From NCBI GenBank assembly GCA_963765285.1, contig CAVXVR010000004.1:84253-148252 (forward strand): a stretch of DNA of 64,000 nucleotides, read 5' to 3'. A program made the translations under genes and the position numbers. Positions 45,118 through 54,787 of this stretch are shown here, piece after piece. How positions within the stretch are numbered: the stretch's first letter is position 1; each line of letters opens with the position of its first letter. Below the pieces are notes generated by a model. The model did no database searches, was not told the DNA's origin, and was given only the letters and a program-made list of their open reading frames with translations. The DNA is from Terriglobia bacterium. Lineage in GTDB: Bacteria > Acidobacteriota > Terriglobia > Terriglobales > Acidobacteriaceae.

Positions 45118-45818
45118 TGGCGCGCACCCGCTTTTTGCAGGGACTGGACGAACTCCGCGCTCGCTTGCTCCGCATGGGCGGGCTGGCTGAGCAGGCGGTG
45201 GATCGCGCCTGTCAGGCCTACAAAGATCGCGATCTCAACCGCTGCCACCTCGTGCTTGAGGGCGAGTCGCAAATCAACGCCATGGAGCGCGAGATCGACG
45301 AGCTGGCTTTCGATCTGCTCGCGATGCAGCAGCCCATGGCGGTCGACCTGCGCTTTATTTTGGCGGTCACAAAAATCAACTCAGATCTCGAGCGGGTCGG
45401 CGATCAGGCCGTCAATATTGCGGAACGCGTTATGGACATGGTGGAGCTGCCCGTCGTCGATCTGCCGGTGGACATTCCGCGCATGGCTGCGGCTTCTTCC
45501 GCCATGGTGCGGCGCTCTCTCGAGTCTTTCATCGAAGGAAAGGCCGAGCTGGCTCAGGCTGTGCTGGAAATGGACAACGTCGTCGATCGTATGCGCGATG
45601 AGGCTTTCATCATGCTGGTGAAAGCGATGAACGAACGCCCCGAAGTGACCCGTCAGGCTCTGGATGCGTTGCTCATAGCCCGCAACCTCGAGCGGGTGGC
45701 CGATCACGCCACCAACATTGCAGAAGACGTCATTTTCTGGGTGAGGGGAGCGGACGTTCGCCATAATGTTGGGCAGGAGCAAACCCCATCCCACGAGGAA
45801 GTTAGAGAGATCCCTTAA
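45117..45818 (+). CDS. phoU: phosphate signalling complex protein PhoU
   Basis: Duplicated DLERVGDQAVNIAE / NLERVADHATNIAE motifs. TAATG overlap with pstB. Confidence 0.9.
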   Translation: MARTRFLQGLDELRARLLRMGGLAEQAVDRACQAYKDRDLNRCHLVLEGESQINAMEREIDELAFDLLAMQQPMAVDLRFILAVTKINSDLERVGDQAVNIAERVMDMVELPVVDLPVDIPRMAAASSAMVRRSLESFIEGKAELAQAVLEMDNVVDRMRDEAFIMLVKAMNERPEVTRQALDALLIARNLERVADHATNIAEDVIFWVRGADVRHNVGQEQTPSHEEVREIP

Positions 45819-45889
45819 GACGATTCTTGAAGCAGGCCGTCTTCCAGACGATTCATTCGCGCCTAGCCTTTTCATTTCTCCGTCCCGGT

Positions 45890-45907
45890 TGTAAAACTTC
45901 TTCGCAG
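45890..45907 (+). promoter_or_regulatory. weak Pho-box-like half-match upstream of the propeller-phosphoesterase gene
   Basis: TGTAAAA-cttc-TTCGCAG: the first half-site is good and the second is poor. Confidence 0.25.
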
Positions 45908-45924
45908 ATCCAGCGGGAGGTTTC

Positions 45925-48771
45925 TTGAAACGATCTATTTCTTTTTCCTTTCTCTTGCTGTCGACCATTGGCGTGTCGTTGCTGCTTGCGCTGAACTCCT
46001 TGTTTGCCCAGAACGAAAAGTCCCACGAGATTTCTTTGCCCACCAGCAAACAATTGACCGTGCCTTCGCCGGGACATATCGGTTCGTTGAATAGTTTTCC
46101 GGCGAGTGTTGCGGTCAGTCCGGACGGTCATTACGCCGCCTTTTTGAACGACGGCTATGGCACGCAGGCGAACCGCGGATTCCAGTCCATCTCGGTGCTG
46201 GATCTGGAAACGAACCAGATTGCCGAGTTTCCCGATGAGCGCCTGCCGGAAGACGCGCACCAGAGTTACTTTCTTGGCTTCGGTTTCAGTTCTGACGGCA
46301 ATCATCTGTATGCGTCGATGGGCTCAATCACCGATCCTACCGGCGAAAAGCCCAACGGCACGGGAAATGGAATTGCCGTGTACCGCTTTCAGCAGGGCAA
46401 GGTCACGGCCGAGCGTTTCATCAAGATCGCGCCCCAAAGCGTGGCCGCCGGCAAGAAGATCCCATACGGTTTGCGCAAAACACCTGCGGGAACAGCCATC
46501 CCTTATCCCGCGGGCCTTTCCGTGATCGCGGGGAAGAGCGGCGACCGTTTGCTCGTGGCAAATAATTTCTCTGACAATGTGGTGCTGCTCGATCCCACAG
46601 ACGGCCGTGTTCTCCAGCATTTCGACCTGAGCACGCGCGAGATGGTTCCCTCGTCTTACCCTTATACAGTCGTCGCCACTCGCGACGGCGGCCGCGCCTG
46701 GTGCAGCTTGTGGAATGCCTCTCAGGTTGCAGAACTCGATCTGGCGACTGGCAAGGTCGCGCGTTGGATCAAATTGAATGAACCGAAAGATCCGATGGCT
46801 CCCGGTTCTCACCCCACTGCTCTTTTGTTGAGCCCGGATGAAAAGCTGCTCTACGTGGCCCTCTCGAACGCAGACGCGGTCGCCGTCGTCGCCACTGATA
46901 CAGGTTCGCCCGTTCACCTCTTCAGCACCAGCGTAAGAGACCAGAAGCTGGCCGGAACCTATCCCAGCGCTCTGGCTCAATCGGCTGACGGCAGCCGTTT
47001 GTTCGTGGCCGATGCTTCACTAAATGCAGTCAGCGTATTCGACACGTCAAACTCGAGCAAGCACACGTCCACTGTCCCCTCCAGCTCCGTCGCCCTGGGG
47101 TTCATTCCCACCGATTGGTATCCCAGCGCGCTCGCGGTTCGTGGCGATGACTTGATCATTGCTTCCGCCAAGGGTGAAGGGACTGGCCCTAACAATTTTC
47201 CCGGCCACACGGCTTATGAACGCCGCCACCGCGAGAATGCGTATATCCCATCGCTGCTTGCTGGTTCAGTTGCGCGCCTTAAAATCTCCGACGTCGAGAA
47301 AAAACTCGACGATCTGACTGCTCAGGTCGTGTCCGACAATCTTCTCCGCCACGATCCCGGCAAAATCCTTTTTGCGCAAGGCACGAATCCCATCCGCCAC
47401 GTGATCTACGTCATCAAAGAGAACCGCACCTATGATCAAATTCTCGGTGACCTGAAAGTCGGCAACGCCGACTCGAAACTCACCATGTACGGCGCGGATA
47501 TTACGCCCAACGAACACAAGCTGGCATTGCAGTTCGGCGTGCTCGACAATTTTTACGACAGCGGAGAAGTCTCCGGCGACGGCCACGACTGGTCCACCGC
47601 CGCCATCACCAGTGATTACAACGAAAAGACCTGGCAAATCGCTTACCGCAGCAAAGAGCGCAGCTACGACTTTCAAGGGACGGTGGCCGAGGAATTGCCC
47701 CTGGAAAGTGGCCAGCCTGACGTCGATGCGCCTTCCACGGGCTACCTATGGGATAACGCCGCCAGCCACAACCTGACTTATCGCGACTACGGTGAGTTTA
47801 CGGCGTCGATATGGTGCAAGTCGCCGAGGGAAAAAGAGATTCCGGCCTCGCCGCAACAAGGCCCGGTGTCGCCGCTCGAAGGCGCATGTCAAAAGACTGC
47901 AATAAACAAAGGCGAGAATCTGCCGCCAAACGTTGGCGACCCGCACGGATCAGCGAGCCCGTGGTCCTGGCCGGTTCCCGTGCAGAAAACAAGCAAGGCC
48001 ACGAAGGCCGTCTTGCGTGACCACTATGACGCGCGCTACCCAGAGTTTGAAACCGACTATCCCGATCAGCTCCGAGCTGACGAGTTTCTGAACGAATTTG
48101 CCGGCTTCGTGCAAGCCCGTAAGGAAGGCAAGGGAACCGAGCTGCCGAACTTTGTCCTGCTTTACTTGCCCGACGACCACACCGGAGGCACTCGCCCGGG
48201 ACACCCGCGCCCGGCGGCCTCTGTAGCGGATAACGACCTTGCCCTCGGCCGCGTTGTCGATGCCCTTTCCCGCAGTCCTTACTGGGATGACACAGCGATT
48301 TTCGTCGTGGAGGATGACGCCCAGGATGGCGCCGACCATGTGGACGCGCATCGCTCTATCGCTTTCGTGATCAGCAAATATTCACCCGGTTCGCTGGAGA
48401 AGCCGTTCGTGGATAGTGGCTTCTACACTACGGTCAACATGATCCACACCCTCGAAACCGTGTTGGGCTTGCCGCCTATGAATCAGAACGATGCCCACGC
48501 GCCGCTGATGGCGCCGCTGTTTTCCGGGCCGGGCAATCAGCCGGCGTTTGCCGCCGACTGGAGCAACCGCGACAACGGTCTGATCTACCAGATCAATCCT
48601 GTTAAAGGCCAGGGGGCGAAGGAATCCGCCAGGATGGATTTCTCCCGCCCGGATGCGGCCAATAACGTAGTGCTGAACCGCATTCTGTGGCGCGATCGGA
48701 TGGGCAATGCGCCCATGCCGGCGCCCAGGTACACGGTATTCGCCAAGACCAAAGCCCGCGACGACGACTAA
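45925..48771 (+). CDS. secreted fusion: YncE/YVTN-type beta-propeller + phosphoesterase (PlcN/AcpA family) domain
   Basis: TTG start with GGAGG SD. Signal peptide LKRSISFSFLLLSTIGVSLLLALNSLFA. Propeller-like repeats (LYVALSNADAVAVV, LFVADASLNAVSVFD). Phosphoesterase motifs HVIYVIKENRTYDQILGDL and DDAQDGADHVDAHRS. Confidence 0.75.
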   Translation: MKRSISFSFLLLSTIGVSLLLALNSLFAQNEKSHEISLPTSKQLTVPSPGHIGSLNSFPASVAVSPDGHYAAFLNDGYGTQANRGFQSISVLDLETNQIAEFPDERLPEDAHQSYFLGFGFSSDGNHLYASMGSITDPTGEKPNGTGNGIAVYRFQQGKVTAERFIKIAPQSVAAGKKIPYGLRKTPAGTAIPYPAGLSVIAGKSGDRLLVANNFSDNVVLLDPTDGRVLQHFDLSTREMVPSSYPYTVVATRDGGRAWCSLWNASQVAELDLATGKVARWIKLNEPKDPMAPGSHPTALLLSPDEKLLYVALSNADAVAVVATDTGSPVHLFSTSVRDQKLAGTYPSALAQSADGSRLFVADASLNAVSVFDTSNSSKHTSTVPSSSVALGFIPTDWYPSALAVRGDDLIIASAKGEGTGPNNFPGHTAYERRHRENAYIPSLLAGSVARLKISDVEKKLDDLTAQVVSDNLLRHDPGKILFAQGTNPIRHVIYVIKENRTYDQILGDLKVGNADSKLTMYGADITPNEHKLALQFGVLDNFYDSGEVSGDGHDWSTAAITSDYNEKTWQIAYRSKERSYDFQGTVAEELPLESGQPDVDAPSTGYLWDNAASHNLTYRDYGEFTASIWCKSPREKEIPASPQQGPVSPLEGACQKTAINKGENLPPNVGDPHGSASPWSWPVPVQKTSKATKAVLRDHYDARYPEFETDYPDQLRADEFLNEFAGFVQARKEGKGTELPNFVLLYLPDDHTGGTRPGHPRPAASVADNDLALGRVVDALSRSPYWDDTAIFVVEDDAQDGADHVDAHRSIAFVISKYSPGSLEKPFVDSGFYTTVNMIHTLETVLGLPPMNQNDAHAPLMAPLFSGPGNQPAFAADWSNRDNGLIYQINPVKGQGAKESARMDFSRPDAANNVVLNRILWRDRMGNAPMPAPRYTVFAKTKARDDD

Positions 48772-48797
48772 CCGCTCGCGTAGGGACGGGTCGGAAC

Positions 48798-48847
48798 CTA
48801 TCCTGAGCGAAGTCGAAGGAACCCGTCTGGCCGAGCGACGCGAGGTG
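48798..48847 (+). repeat. TCCTGAGCGAAG-type repeat copy
   Basis: CTATCCTGAGCGAAGTCGAAGGAACCCGTCTGGCCGAGCGACGCGAGGTG. Confidence 0.55.
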
Positions 48848-48857
48848 TGATTGGCCC

Positions 48858-49844
48858 TTACTTACTTGCCGCCTTCCCCACATCCACCTCGGCAAATGAA
48901 AACGCCAAGGCTACATTCGGAAATTCCTTCCCCGCCACTTCCACGTACGGATACACGAAGTAGTTCAGCGGGGCTCCGTCCTGCTTAGGACTCAACTCCA
49001 GATCGCGTCCGACGGTGAACTGCACCCGATTCACATCATGCGCTCCGAAAAAGTAGTCCCGCTTTTCCTGGTGCTTCCAGGCTTCGGAAATGTCGACCGG
49101 AATCCATCCATGCTCCGGCTCAAAGAACTCCGCCCAGCAGTGGTAGCCGGCAATTTCTGATGAGCGCTTGTCCGGGGGCAATGGGAACCCGATTTCAAAG
49201 CGCGCCGGAATGCCCTGTGACCGAGCCATGGCGATGAACAGCGAGTGGAAGTCCGTGCAATTGCCCTTTTTCGCGTCGCAGGCATAGAGCACATCCCCGT
49301 GGCCCCACCCCGTTCCCGTCTTGTCATACCGCATAGTGGTAAAGACGTAGTCATAAATCGCATGGGCTTTGTCGAGCGGCGTCGTCTTCCCCTGGGTAAC
49401 GGTCACCGCCAACTGCGCCGGCAGTCCGGTTACGGGCACCAGTTTGTCGGGTTCCAGGTACTCTTTGCGCTGTTTCTCGCTGAGCCGTACCTCGGCCAGG
49501 TGGGGCCGCTCCAGGCCCAACGTCAGGTGCTCATGCCGTACCACGTCATACACCACCTCGAAGTGCAACTCTGCCTGTTTCGCCTTGCCTGTCTCGGCGT
49601 AATACATTTCGTTGCCGTTCTTGGACTCATGGGTTTGCTTCAGCGGCAAATCGCCGGTGGCGGAGATCACCTTCACTTCCTGATAGGCGTCAGTGTGCGC
49701 CTCCGGAAACCAGATGCGTAACTTTTCCCCTGCCGGAACGTTCTTTACGGTGAATCCGTAGTGAAATGTGAAGTGGCGCAACTCCTGCGCGCTCGCCAAA
49801 GCGGTGACGAACAGGAACATCGACAGCAATATCTGACGCGGCAT
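48858..49844 (-). CDS. transglutaminase-like cysteine protease-fold protein, secreted
   Basis: KKGNCTDFHSLFIAMARSQGIPAR (catalytic Cys), GYHCWAEF (His), IPVDISEA (Asp). Start trimmed to ATG 49844 (MPRQILLSMFLFVTALASA). Confidence 0.75.
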   Translation of the reverse strand: MPRQILLSMFLFVTALASAQELRHFTFHYGFTVKNVPAGEKLRIWFPEAHTDAYQEVKVISATGDLPLKQTHESKNGNEMYYAETGKAKQAELHFEVVYDVVRHEHLTLGLERPHLAEVRLSEKQRKEYLEPDKLVPVTGLPAQLAVTVTQGKTTPLDKAHAIYDYVFTTMRYDKTGTGWGHGDVLYACDAKKGNCTDFHSLFIAMARSQGIPARFEIGFPLPPDKRSSEIAGYHCWAEFFEPEHGWIPVDISEAWKHQEKRDYFFGAHDVNRVQFTVGRDLELSPKQDGAPLNYFVYPYVEVAGKEFPNVALAFSFAEVDVGKAASK

Positions 49845-50037
49845 AGGCGATCCTTTCCTCTGAGAACCAAGAACCGGGAACTGATCTTTCAAAACCAAGC
49901 GTTGCAAACGGCGCACCCGCGTTTCGAGGGCGGACCGTCAAGTGAAGCCTTGGCGCAGGACTGGCATGGGAGTATCGAGCCGTAATTTTAATCGAAAGTT
50001 GAAGGAACGGGCATTAACGCTAGGCTAAAATCTTTCC

Positions 50038-50970
50038 ATGCCCCCGGCTGTCGAAACCCGCGATCTGCGCAAGACTTACGACGGCAAAGTCGAAGCGGTG
50101 CGTGGACTAAGCCTCGAAATTGCCACCGGGGAATGCTTCGGCTTGCTTGGCCCCAACGGGGCGGGGAAGACGACGACCATCGAAATCCTCGAAGGCTTGC
50201 TGGCTCCGACCTCGGGCCAGGTCACGATTCTAGGCCATACCTGGCAGGAGAATCCACGTGAGCTGCGCGAATGGCTGGGTATCTCGCTGCAGGAGACGCG
50301 GCTCTCCGAAAAGCTGACAGTTCGCGAAACCATCGAGCTGTTTTCCAGCTTTTACGCTCAACCGCGCCCGGCGATCGAAGTTCTGGAGCTATTGCAACTG
50401 GAAGAAAAAGCTGATTCCTGGGTGGGCAAGCTTTCCGGCGGCCAGAAGCAGCGGCTTGCGGTGGCCACTGCCCTGGTGGGCAATCCCAAGCTGCTTTTTC
50501 TGGATGAGCCAACCACCGGGCTCGACCCCCAGAGCCGCCGCCAGCTCTGGGACATCATTCGCAAGTTTCAACGCAGCGGCGGCACGGTTCTGCTGACCAC
50601 CCACTACATGGACGAAGCCGAACGCCTCTGCGACCGGCTGGCGGTCATCGATCACGGGCAGATCATTGCCGAAGGAACTCCCGCGGATCTGATTGCCCGG
50701 CTCGGTGGGCATCATGTGGTGGAATTCGCGGTCGCCGGCGATTCGGATGGCGAGAGCCTCGAAGTTTGGCGTGTGCTGCCAGGAGTCGAATCGGTACGCA
50801 GCGATGATGGGTTGGTCAGTTTGAACGTGCACGAACCGCATTTGACTATTCCAGCGTTGCTCGACGCTGTCGACAAGCAGGGCTCTCAACTGCTTCACCT
50901 GACCACGCGCCAAGCCAGCCTGGAAGACGTGTTCGTGCGGCTTACCGGCCGTCACTTGAGAGAGGATTGA
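50038..50970 (+). CDS. ABC-2 type exporter ATP-binding protein
   Basis: GLLGPNGAGKTT, LSGGQKQRL, LFLDEPTTGLD. Confidence 0.9.
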   Translation: MPPAVETRDLRKTYDGKVEAVRGLSLEIATGECFGLLGPNGAGKTTTIEILEGLLAPTSGQVTILGHTWQENPRELREWLGISLQETRLSEKLTVRETIELFSSFYAQPRPAIEVLELLQLEEKADSWVGKLSGGQKQRLAVATALVGNPKLLFLDEPTTGLDPQSRRQLWDIIRKFQRSGGTVLLTTHYMDEAERLCDRLAVIDHGQIIAEGTPADLIARLGGHHVVEFAVAGDSDGESLEVWRVLPGVESVRSDDGLVSLNVHEPHLTIPALLDAVDKQGSQLLHLTTRQASLEDVFVRLTGRHLRED

Positions 50971-51150
50971 AGATGTTCGCTTGGCATGAATGACGCATCC
51001 CAGTCGAGATCGAGGGGGGAATCGTGAAATATCACAGCTGTTTTTCGTTCGCAATTCCTCTGTTGTATTGATTGTCGCGGTTTCTTTGGATACAGCCAGG
51101 TCGAACCCAAGCCTGGAACAGAACCAGGCACGGTTACGCCCTTTCCGCCG

Positions 51151-51921
51151 TTGGCGCAATGGAGGGAGGCCGTCCTCGCCGGAGACAGCGTGGGTTTGAA
51201 AGTCTTGTACAGCACAACTCCCGCCGCGCGAGTAATCACTCCGTCGGGAGAAACGAATGCGGACGCTGACATCAGTTTTTGGTCAGGGCTGAGGGCACGG
51301 AACATAAAACTCGAGATGCTGGAATCTCCCTCCACGCCGCCTGGCGTTCAGCAGGTCGTAATGCAGGCCGATGTTCTCTCCGCCACGCCAGCCGGTGACA
51401 AGATGGTTTACGTTACCCAAGCGCAAGTTTGGCAGAAACAAGGAGAGAACTGGCGGCTGGTTGCAGTTAAGCGCACCGATCCGGCCAGTCTGCAACAGCC
51501 GGCATCGACTGCAACAGAAATCTATCCCGCCGTGGCGGACGCGCATGCCGAAATCAAGAAAGCGGAAGAGTTGGCAGCACGCGATCACAAGCGTGTCCTG
51601 ATCGTGTTTGGGGCCAATTGGTGCTACGACTGTCACGTACTCGACCTGGCTTTTCACCGTGAGGACCTTGTTCCCGTGCTGACCAAGAACTACGAAGTAG
51701 TTCACGTGGACGTCGGGAAGGGTGACAAGAATCAAGACCTGATGAAGCAATATGGAGTGCCCATGGATAGGGGAATCCCAGGGCTGGCCGTGCTGGAAAG
51801 CGACGGCAAGGTGGTGTACAGCCAGAAGAATGGCGAGTTCGAGAATGCCCGCAGCCTCACGCCGGAAGCGTTGCTCCAGTTTTTGAATCAGTGGAAACCA
51901 GCGGAACGCCAGAGCGAATGA
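51151..51921 (+). CDS. NTF2-like domain + thioredoxin-fold (CxxC) protein; start uncertain
   Basis: C-terminal VLIVFGANWCYDCHVLD...GIPGLAVL is a thioredoxin-like fold. The N-half (WREAVLAGDS...VWQKQGENWRLVAV) resembles SnoaL/DUF4440. TTG start and no in-frame signal peptide. Confidence 0.6.
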   Translation: MAQWREAVLAGDSVGLKVLYSTTPAARVITPSGETNADADISFWSGLRARNIKLEMLESPSTPPGVQQVVMQADVLSATPAGDKMVYVTQAQVWQKQGENWRLVAVKRTDPASLQQPASTATEIYPAVADAHAEIKKAEELAARDHKRVLIVFGANWCYDCHVLDLAFHREDLVPVLTKNYEVVHVDVGKGDKNQDLMKQYGVPMDRGIPGLAVLESDGKVVYSQKNGEFENARSLTPEALLQFLNQWKPAERQSE

Positions 51922-53027
51922 TGGCCATCGCCCACCAAACACCGACCGCAGAACTCAAATCGGCGCCACCCCTTCGCAACGGCCGCTGGTCCGGCTACAC
52001 CCACCTCCTTATGGCTCGCCTTAAGGAACTTGCGCGCGAGCCCGAAGTGGTCTTCTGGGTGTTTGGTTTTCCCATCCTCCTCGCGCTGGGCTTGGGCATT
52101 GCCTTTCGCAATAAGCCCGCCGACGCTACTTCCGTTGCCATTGTTTCCGGCCCCGGCGCTGAGGATGCCCTTGCCATGCTGCATAAGTCTCCGCAAGGCT
52201 CGCCCATCCGGGCTGAGGTGGTCGATGAGCCTCGGGCTCTACAAGGTCTGCGCCTGGGCAAATACGACATGGTCATCGCGCCCGACGGCAAAGGAGGCTT
52301 TCAATATCGCTACGACCCAGCCCGCCCCGAGAGCGTTCTCTCTCGCGCCGAAGTGGATAATGCCCTCGAAACCGCCGCCGGCCGCAAGGATCCGCTCGCC
52401 ACGTCGGTTGTGGCGTCCAGCGAGCCCGGTTCGCGATACATCGATTTTCTGATTCCCGGCTTGCTAGGCATGAACCTGATGAACGCCGCCATGTGGGGCA
52501 TCGGCTTCGCCATCGTCGACATGCGCCAGCGCAAACTGCTTAAGCGCTTCGTGGCCACTCCTATGCGCCGCAGCGATTTCCTCTTAGCCTTGACCAGCAG
52601 TCGCCTGGTTCTCATGTTGATCGAAGTCGGCCTCTTGCTCGGCTTCGGCGTGCTGGTGTTTCACATGCGAGTGCTCGGGTCACTTGTGACTATCCTGATC
52701 GTGGGAACGATTGGCGCGCTCTCCTTCGGGGGCGTCGGCCTGCTGACCGCCAGCCGCGCGCAGAAAATCGAAAGCATCAGCGGGCTCATCAACCTGGTGA
52801 TGATGCCCATGTGGATTTTTTCCGGCGTCTTCTTTTCGTACGAACGCTTTCCCGCGATCACTCAACCCTTCATCAAGGCTTTACCACTGACTGCCCTCAA
52901 TGATGCGCTCCGCGCCACCATCCTTGAGGGCGCGCCGCTCGCCGCCCAGGGCGGACGCCTGTTGGTTCTGGCGATATGGGGCGGAATTTCCTTCGTCCTA
53001 GCCTTGCGCTGGTTCCGCTGGACTTAA
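51918..53027 (+). CDS. ABC-2 type exporter permease
   Basis: A large extracytoplasmic loop after TM1, then 5 TM, with LKRFVATPMRRSDFLLA. ATG 51918 overlaps the upstream stop (ATGA). Confidence 0.8.
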   Translation: MMAIAHQTPTAELKSAPPLRNGRWSGYTHLLMARLKELAREPEVVFWVFGFPILLALGLGIAFRNKPADATSVAIVSGPGAEDALAMLHKSPQGSPIRAEVVDEPRALQGLRLGKYDMVIAPDGKGGFQYRYDPARPESVLSRAEVDNALETAAGRKDPLATSVVASSEPGSRYIDFLIPGLLGMNLMNAAMWGIGFAIVDMRQRKLLKRFVATPMRRSDFLLALTSSRLVLMLIEVGLLLGFGVLVFHMRVLGSLVTILIVGTIGALSFGGVGLLTASRAQKIESISGLINLVMMPMWIFSGVFFSYERFPAITQPFIKALPLTALNDALRATILEGAPLAAQGGRLLVLAIWGGISFVLALRWFRWT

Positions 53028-53094
53028 GCGTGCCCGGTTTCGGCAGCCCATTTCTGCGAATCGCGTAGAATGTCGGACGTCACATCTCAAATTT

Positions 53095-54549
53095 ATGAAG
53101 CAACTTTTGCTGCTTGTCGGACTCTTGTGCGGAGCTCTCTTAGTTGTCGCGGCCCAGAGTGCATCGCCGCCAGATTCAACCGCGAGTGGAAACGACGAGG
53201 TAGCCCGCATCGTCGGCTATGCCCAGACGCGTGGCGGAGCTTTGTCGTTTCTAGAAACCCTGACTGACACGGTCGGCGGGCGCGTCACCGGCAGCCCGCA
53301 ATCTCACGCCGCCTCCGAGCTGATTCTCAAAACCCTGAAAGATGCAGGTTTCGACAACGCCCACTTTGAGGAGTACAGCTTCGAATCCGGCTGGCAACGC
53401 GGGCCGGCTCACGGGGAAGTGCTCAGCCCCAGCATCGCTCCCCTGTATGTCGGCTCTTATGGCTGGGCGCCCGGTACGCCCGGCCGCATCGAAGCCTCAG
53501 TCGTCGATCTCGGAACACCGGCCGGCAATGAACTGCCAAAAACCGCGGCAGGCCTGCGCGGCGCTGCAGTCCTGGTCGACCTCCACAGCATCGGCAACGC
53601 GCCCACCCCGGTCATGCGCGCCCTGATCACTCGCCAACTCGCCCAAGCCGGGGCCGCAGCGTTGCTGATCCCCTCCGACAAGCCCGACCGCATGCTGTAT
53701 ACGTCGGCATACGGTCTTTATCCCCATGCGCCTCTGCCAGTGCTCTCGATTGCCAGAGAAGACACGCTCTTCCTCCGCCGCCTGCTCACCAAAGGCCCGG
53801 TCAAGATTTCGCTGGACATTCAAAATACATTCACCGGCCCGGCGAAAGAACGTAACGTGATCGCCGATCTGCCCGGAACCAATCCCGACGAGATTGTCCT
53901 GGTCGGGGCGCACTTCGATTCGTGGGACCCGGCCCAGGGCGCGGATGACAATGGTTCTGGCGTGTCGGCGGTGCTCGAAACTGCCCGTATTCTAAGGTTG
54001 CTGGGAGTCAAGCCACGATGCACCATCCGCTTTGCCTTCTTTTCCGGAGAGGAGGAGGCAAATCTGGGATCACGCGCCTATGTGGACCAGCATCACGCCG
54101 AGCTGGATCATCTGCGAGCTTTCCTGCTGATGGATGACGGCGCACAAGTGCCTCTAGGCTTCGCCACCAACGGCCGCGATGATCTGTTAGCGCCCCTGCG
54201 CGAAACCCTGAAGCCATTGGTTGCGCTGGGTGCAGGCGCCGTTGACGCCGACGCCGACATGGAATCCGACAATGCTTCATTCATGGTCGTGGGCGTCCCC
54301 AGCCTTACCCTGCAAGTCGAGCCGGGAGACTACGACGTTCGCCATCACGCCATCACCGATACGTTCGACAAGGTCGATCCGCGCAAGCTGGCCCTCGATA
54401 CGGCCGTGATGGCGGTGGCCGCGTGGTCTGTTGCGAACGCCGAAACCCGCCCTGGACGGCGTCTGTCCGCGGCGGAAGTCAAAGAGCTTCTCAAGAGAAC
54501 CGGGCTCGAATCGGCGCAGGAACTCCAGTTCGGCCCATTGCAGCCATGA
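53095..54549 (+). CDS. secreted M28-family aminopeptidase
   Basis: Signal peptide. VLVGAHFDSWDPAQGADDNGSGVSAVLE and FFSGEEEANLGS are zinc-ligand motifs. Confidence 0.85.
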   Translation: MKQLLLLVGLLCGALLVVAAQSASPPDSTASGNDEVARIVGYAQTRGGALSFLETLTDTVGGRVTGSPQSHAASELILKTLKDAGFDNAHFEEYSFESGWQRGPAHGEVLSPSIAPLYVGSYGWAPGTPGRIEASVVDLGTPAGNELPKTAAGLRGAAVLVDLHSIGNAPTPVMRALITRQLAQAGAAALLIPSDKPDRMLYTSAYGLYPHAPLPVLSIAREDTLFLRRLLTKGPVKISLDIQNTFTGPAKERNVIADLPGTNPDEIVLVGAHFDSWDPAQGADDNGSGVSAVLETARILRLLGVKPRCTIRFAFFSGEEEANLGSRAYVDQHHAELDHLRAFLLMDDGAQVPLGFATNGRDDLLAPLRETLKPLVALGAGAVDADADMESDNASFMVVGVPSLTLQVEPGDYDVRHHAITDTFDKVDPRKLALDTAVMAVAAWSVANAETRPGRRLSAAEVKELLKRTGLESAQELQFGPLQP

Positions 54550-54595
54550 CGTTTTGCCGCGTGCTACAATTTGAGCCGGTTAGCGGGCGTGAGGC

Positions 54596-54662
54596 GACCT
54601 GAGCGTAGCGAAGGTACGCCGGAAGCCGGCTGGCGAAATCCTGAGCGCAGCGAAGGATCTGC
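54596..54662 (+). repeat. two tandem CCTGAGCG-AGCGAAGG units directly 5' of tRNA-Gly
   Basis: GACCTGAGCGTAGCGAAGGTACGC (54596-54619) and ATCCTGAGCGCAGCGAAGGATCTGC (54638-54662). Confidence 0.65.
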
Positions 54663-54673
54663 AGTCGTACGGG

Positions 54674-54748
54674 GCGGGAGTAGTTCAGCGGTAGAACGCC
54701 AGCTTCCCAAGCTGGATGTCGCCGGTTCGATCCCGGTCTCCCGCTCCA
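54674..54748 (+). tRNA. tRNA-Gly (anticodon CCC), CCA encoded
   Basis: Manual cloverleaf: acceptor GCGGGAG/CTCCCGC, D-arm GTTC..GAAC, anticodon arm CCAGC-TTCCCAA-GCTGG, T-arm GCCGG-TTCGATC-CCGGT, discriminator T, then CCA. Confidence 0.9.
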
Positions 54749-54787
54749 ATGTTGTAAGATCGCCCTGTCCTGATTGAGGTCAATCTC

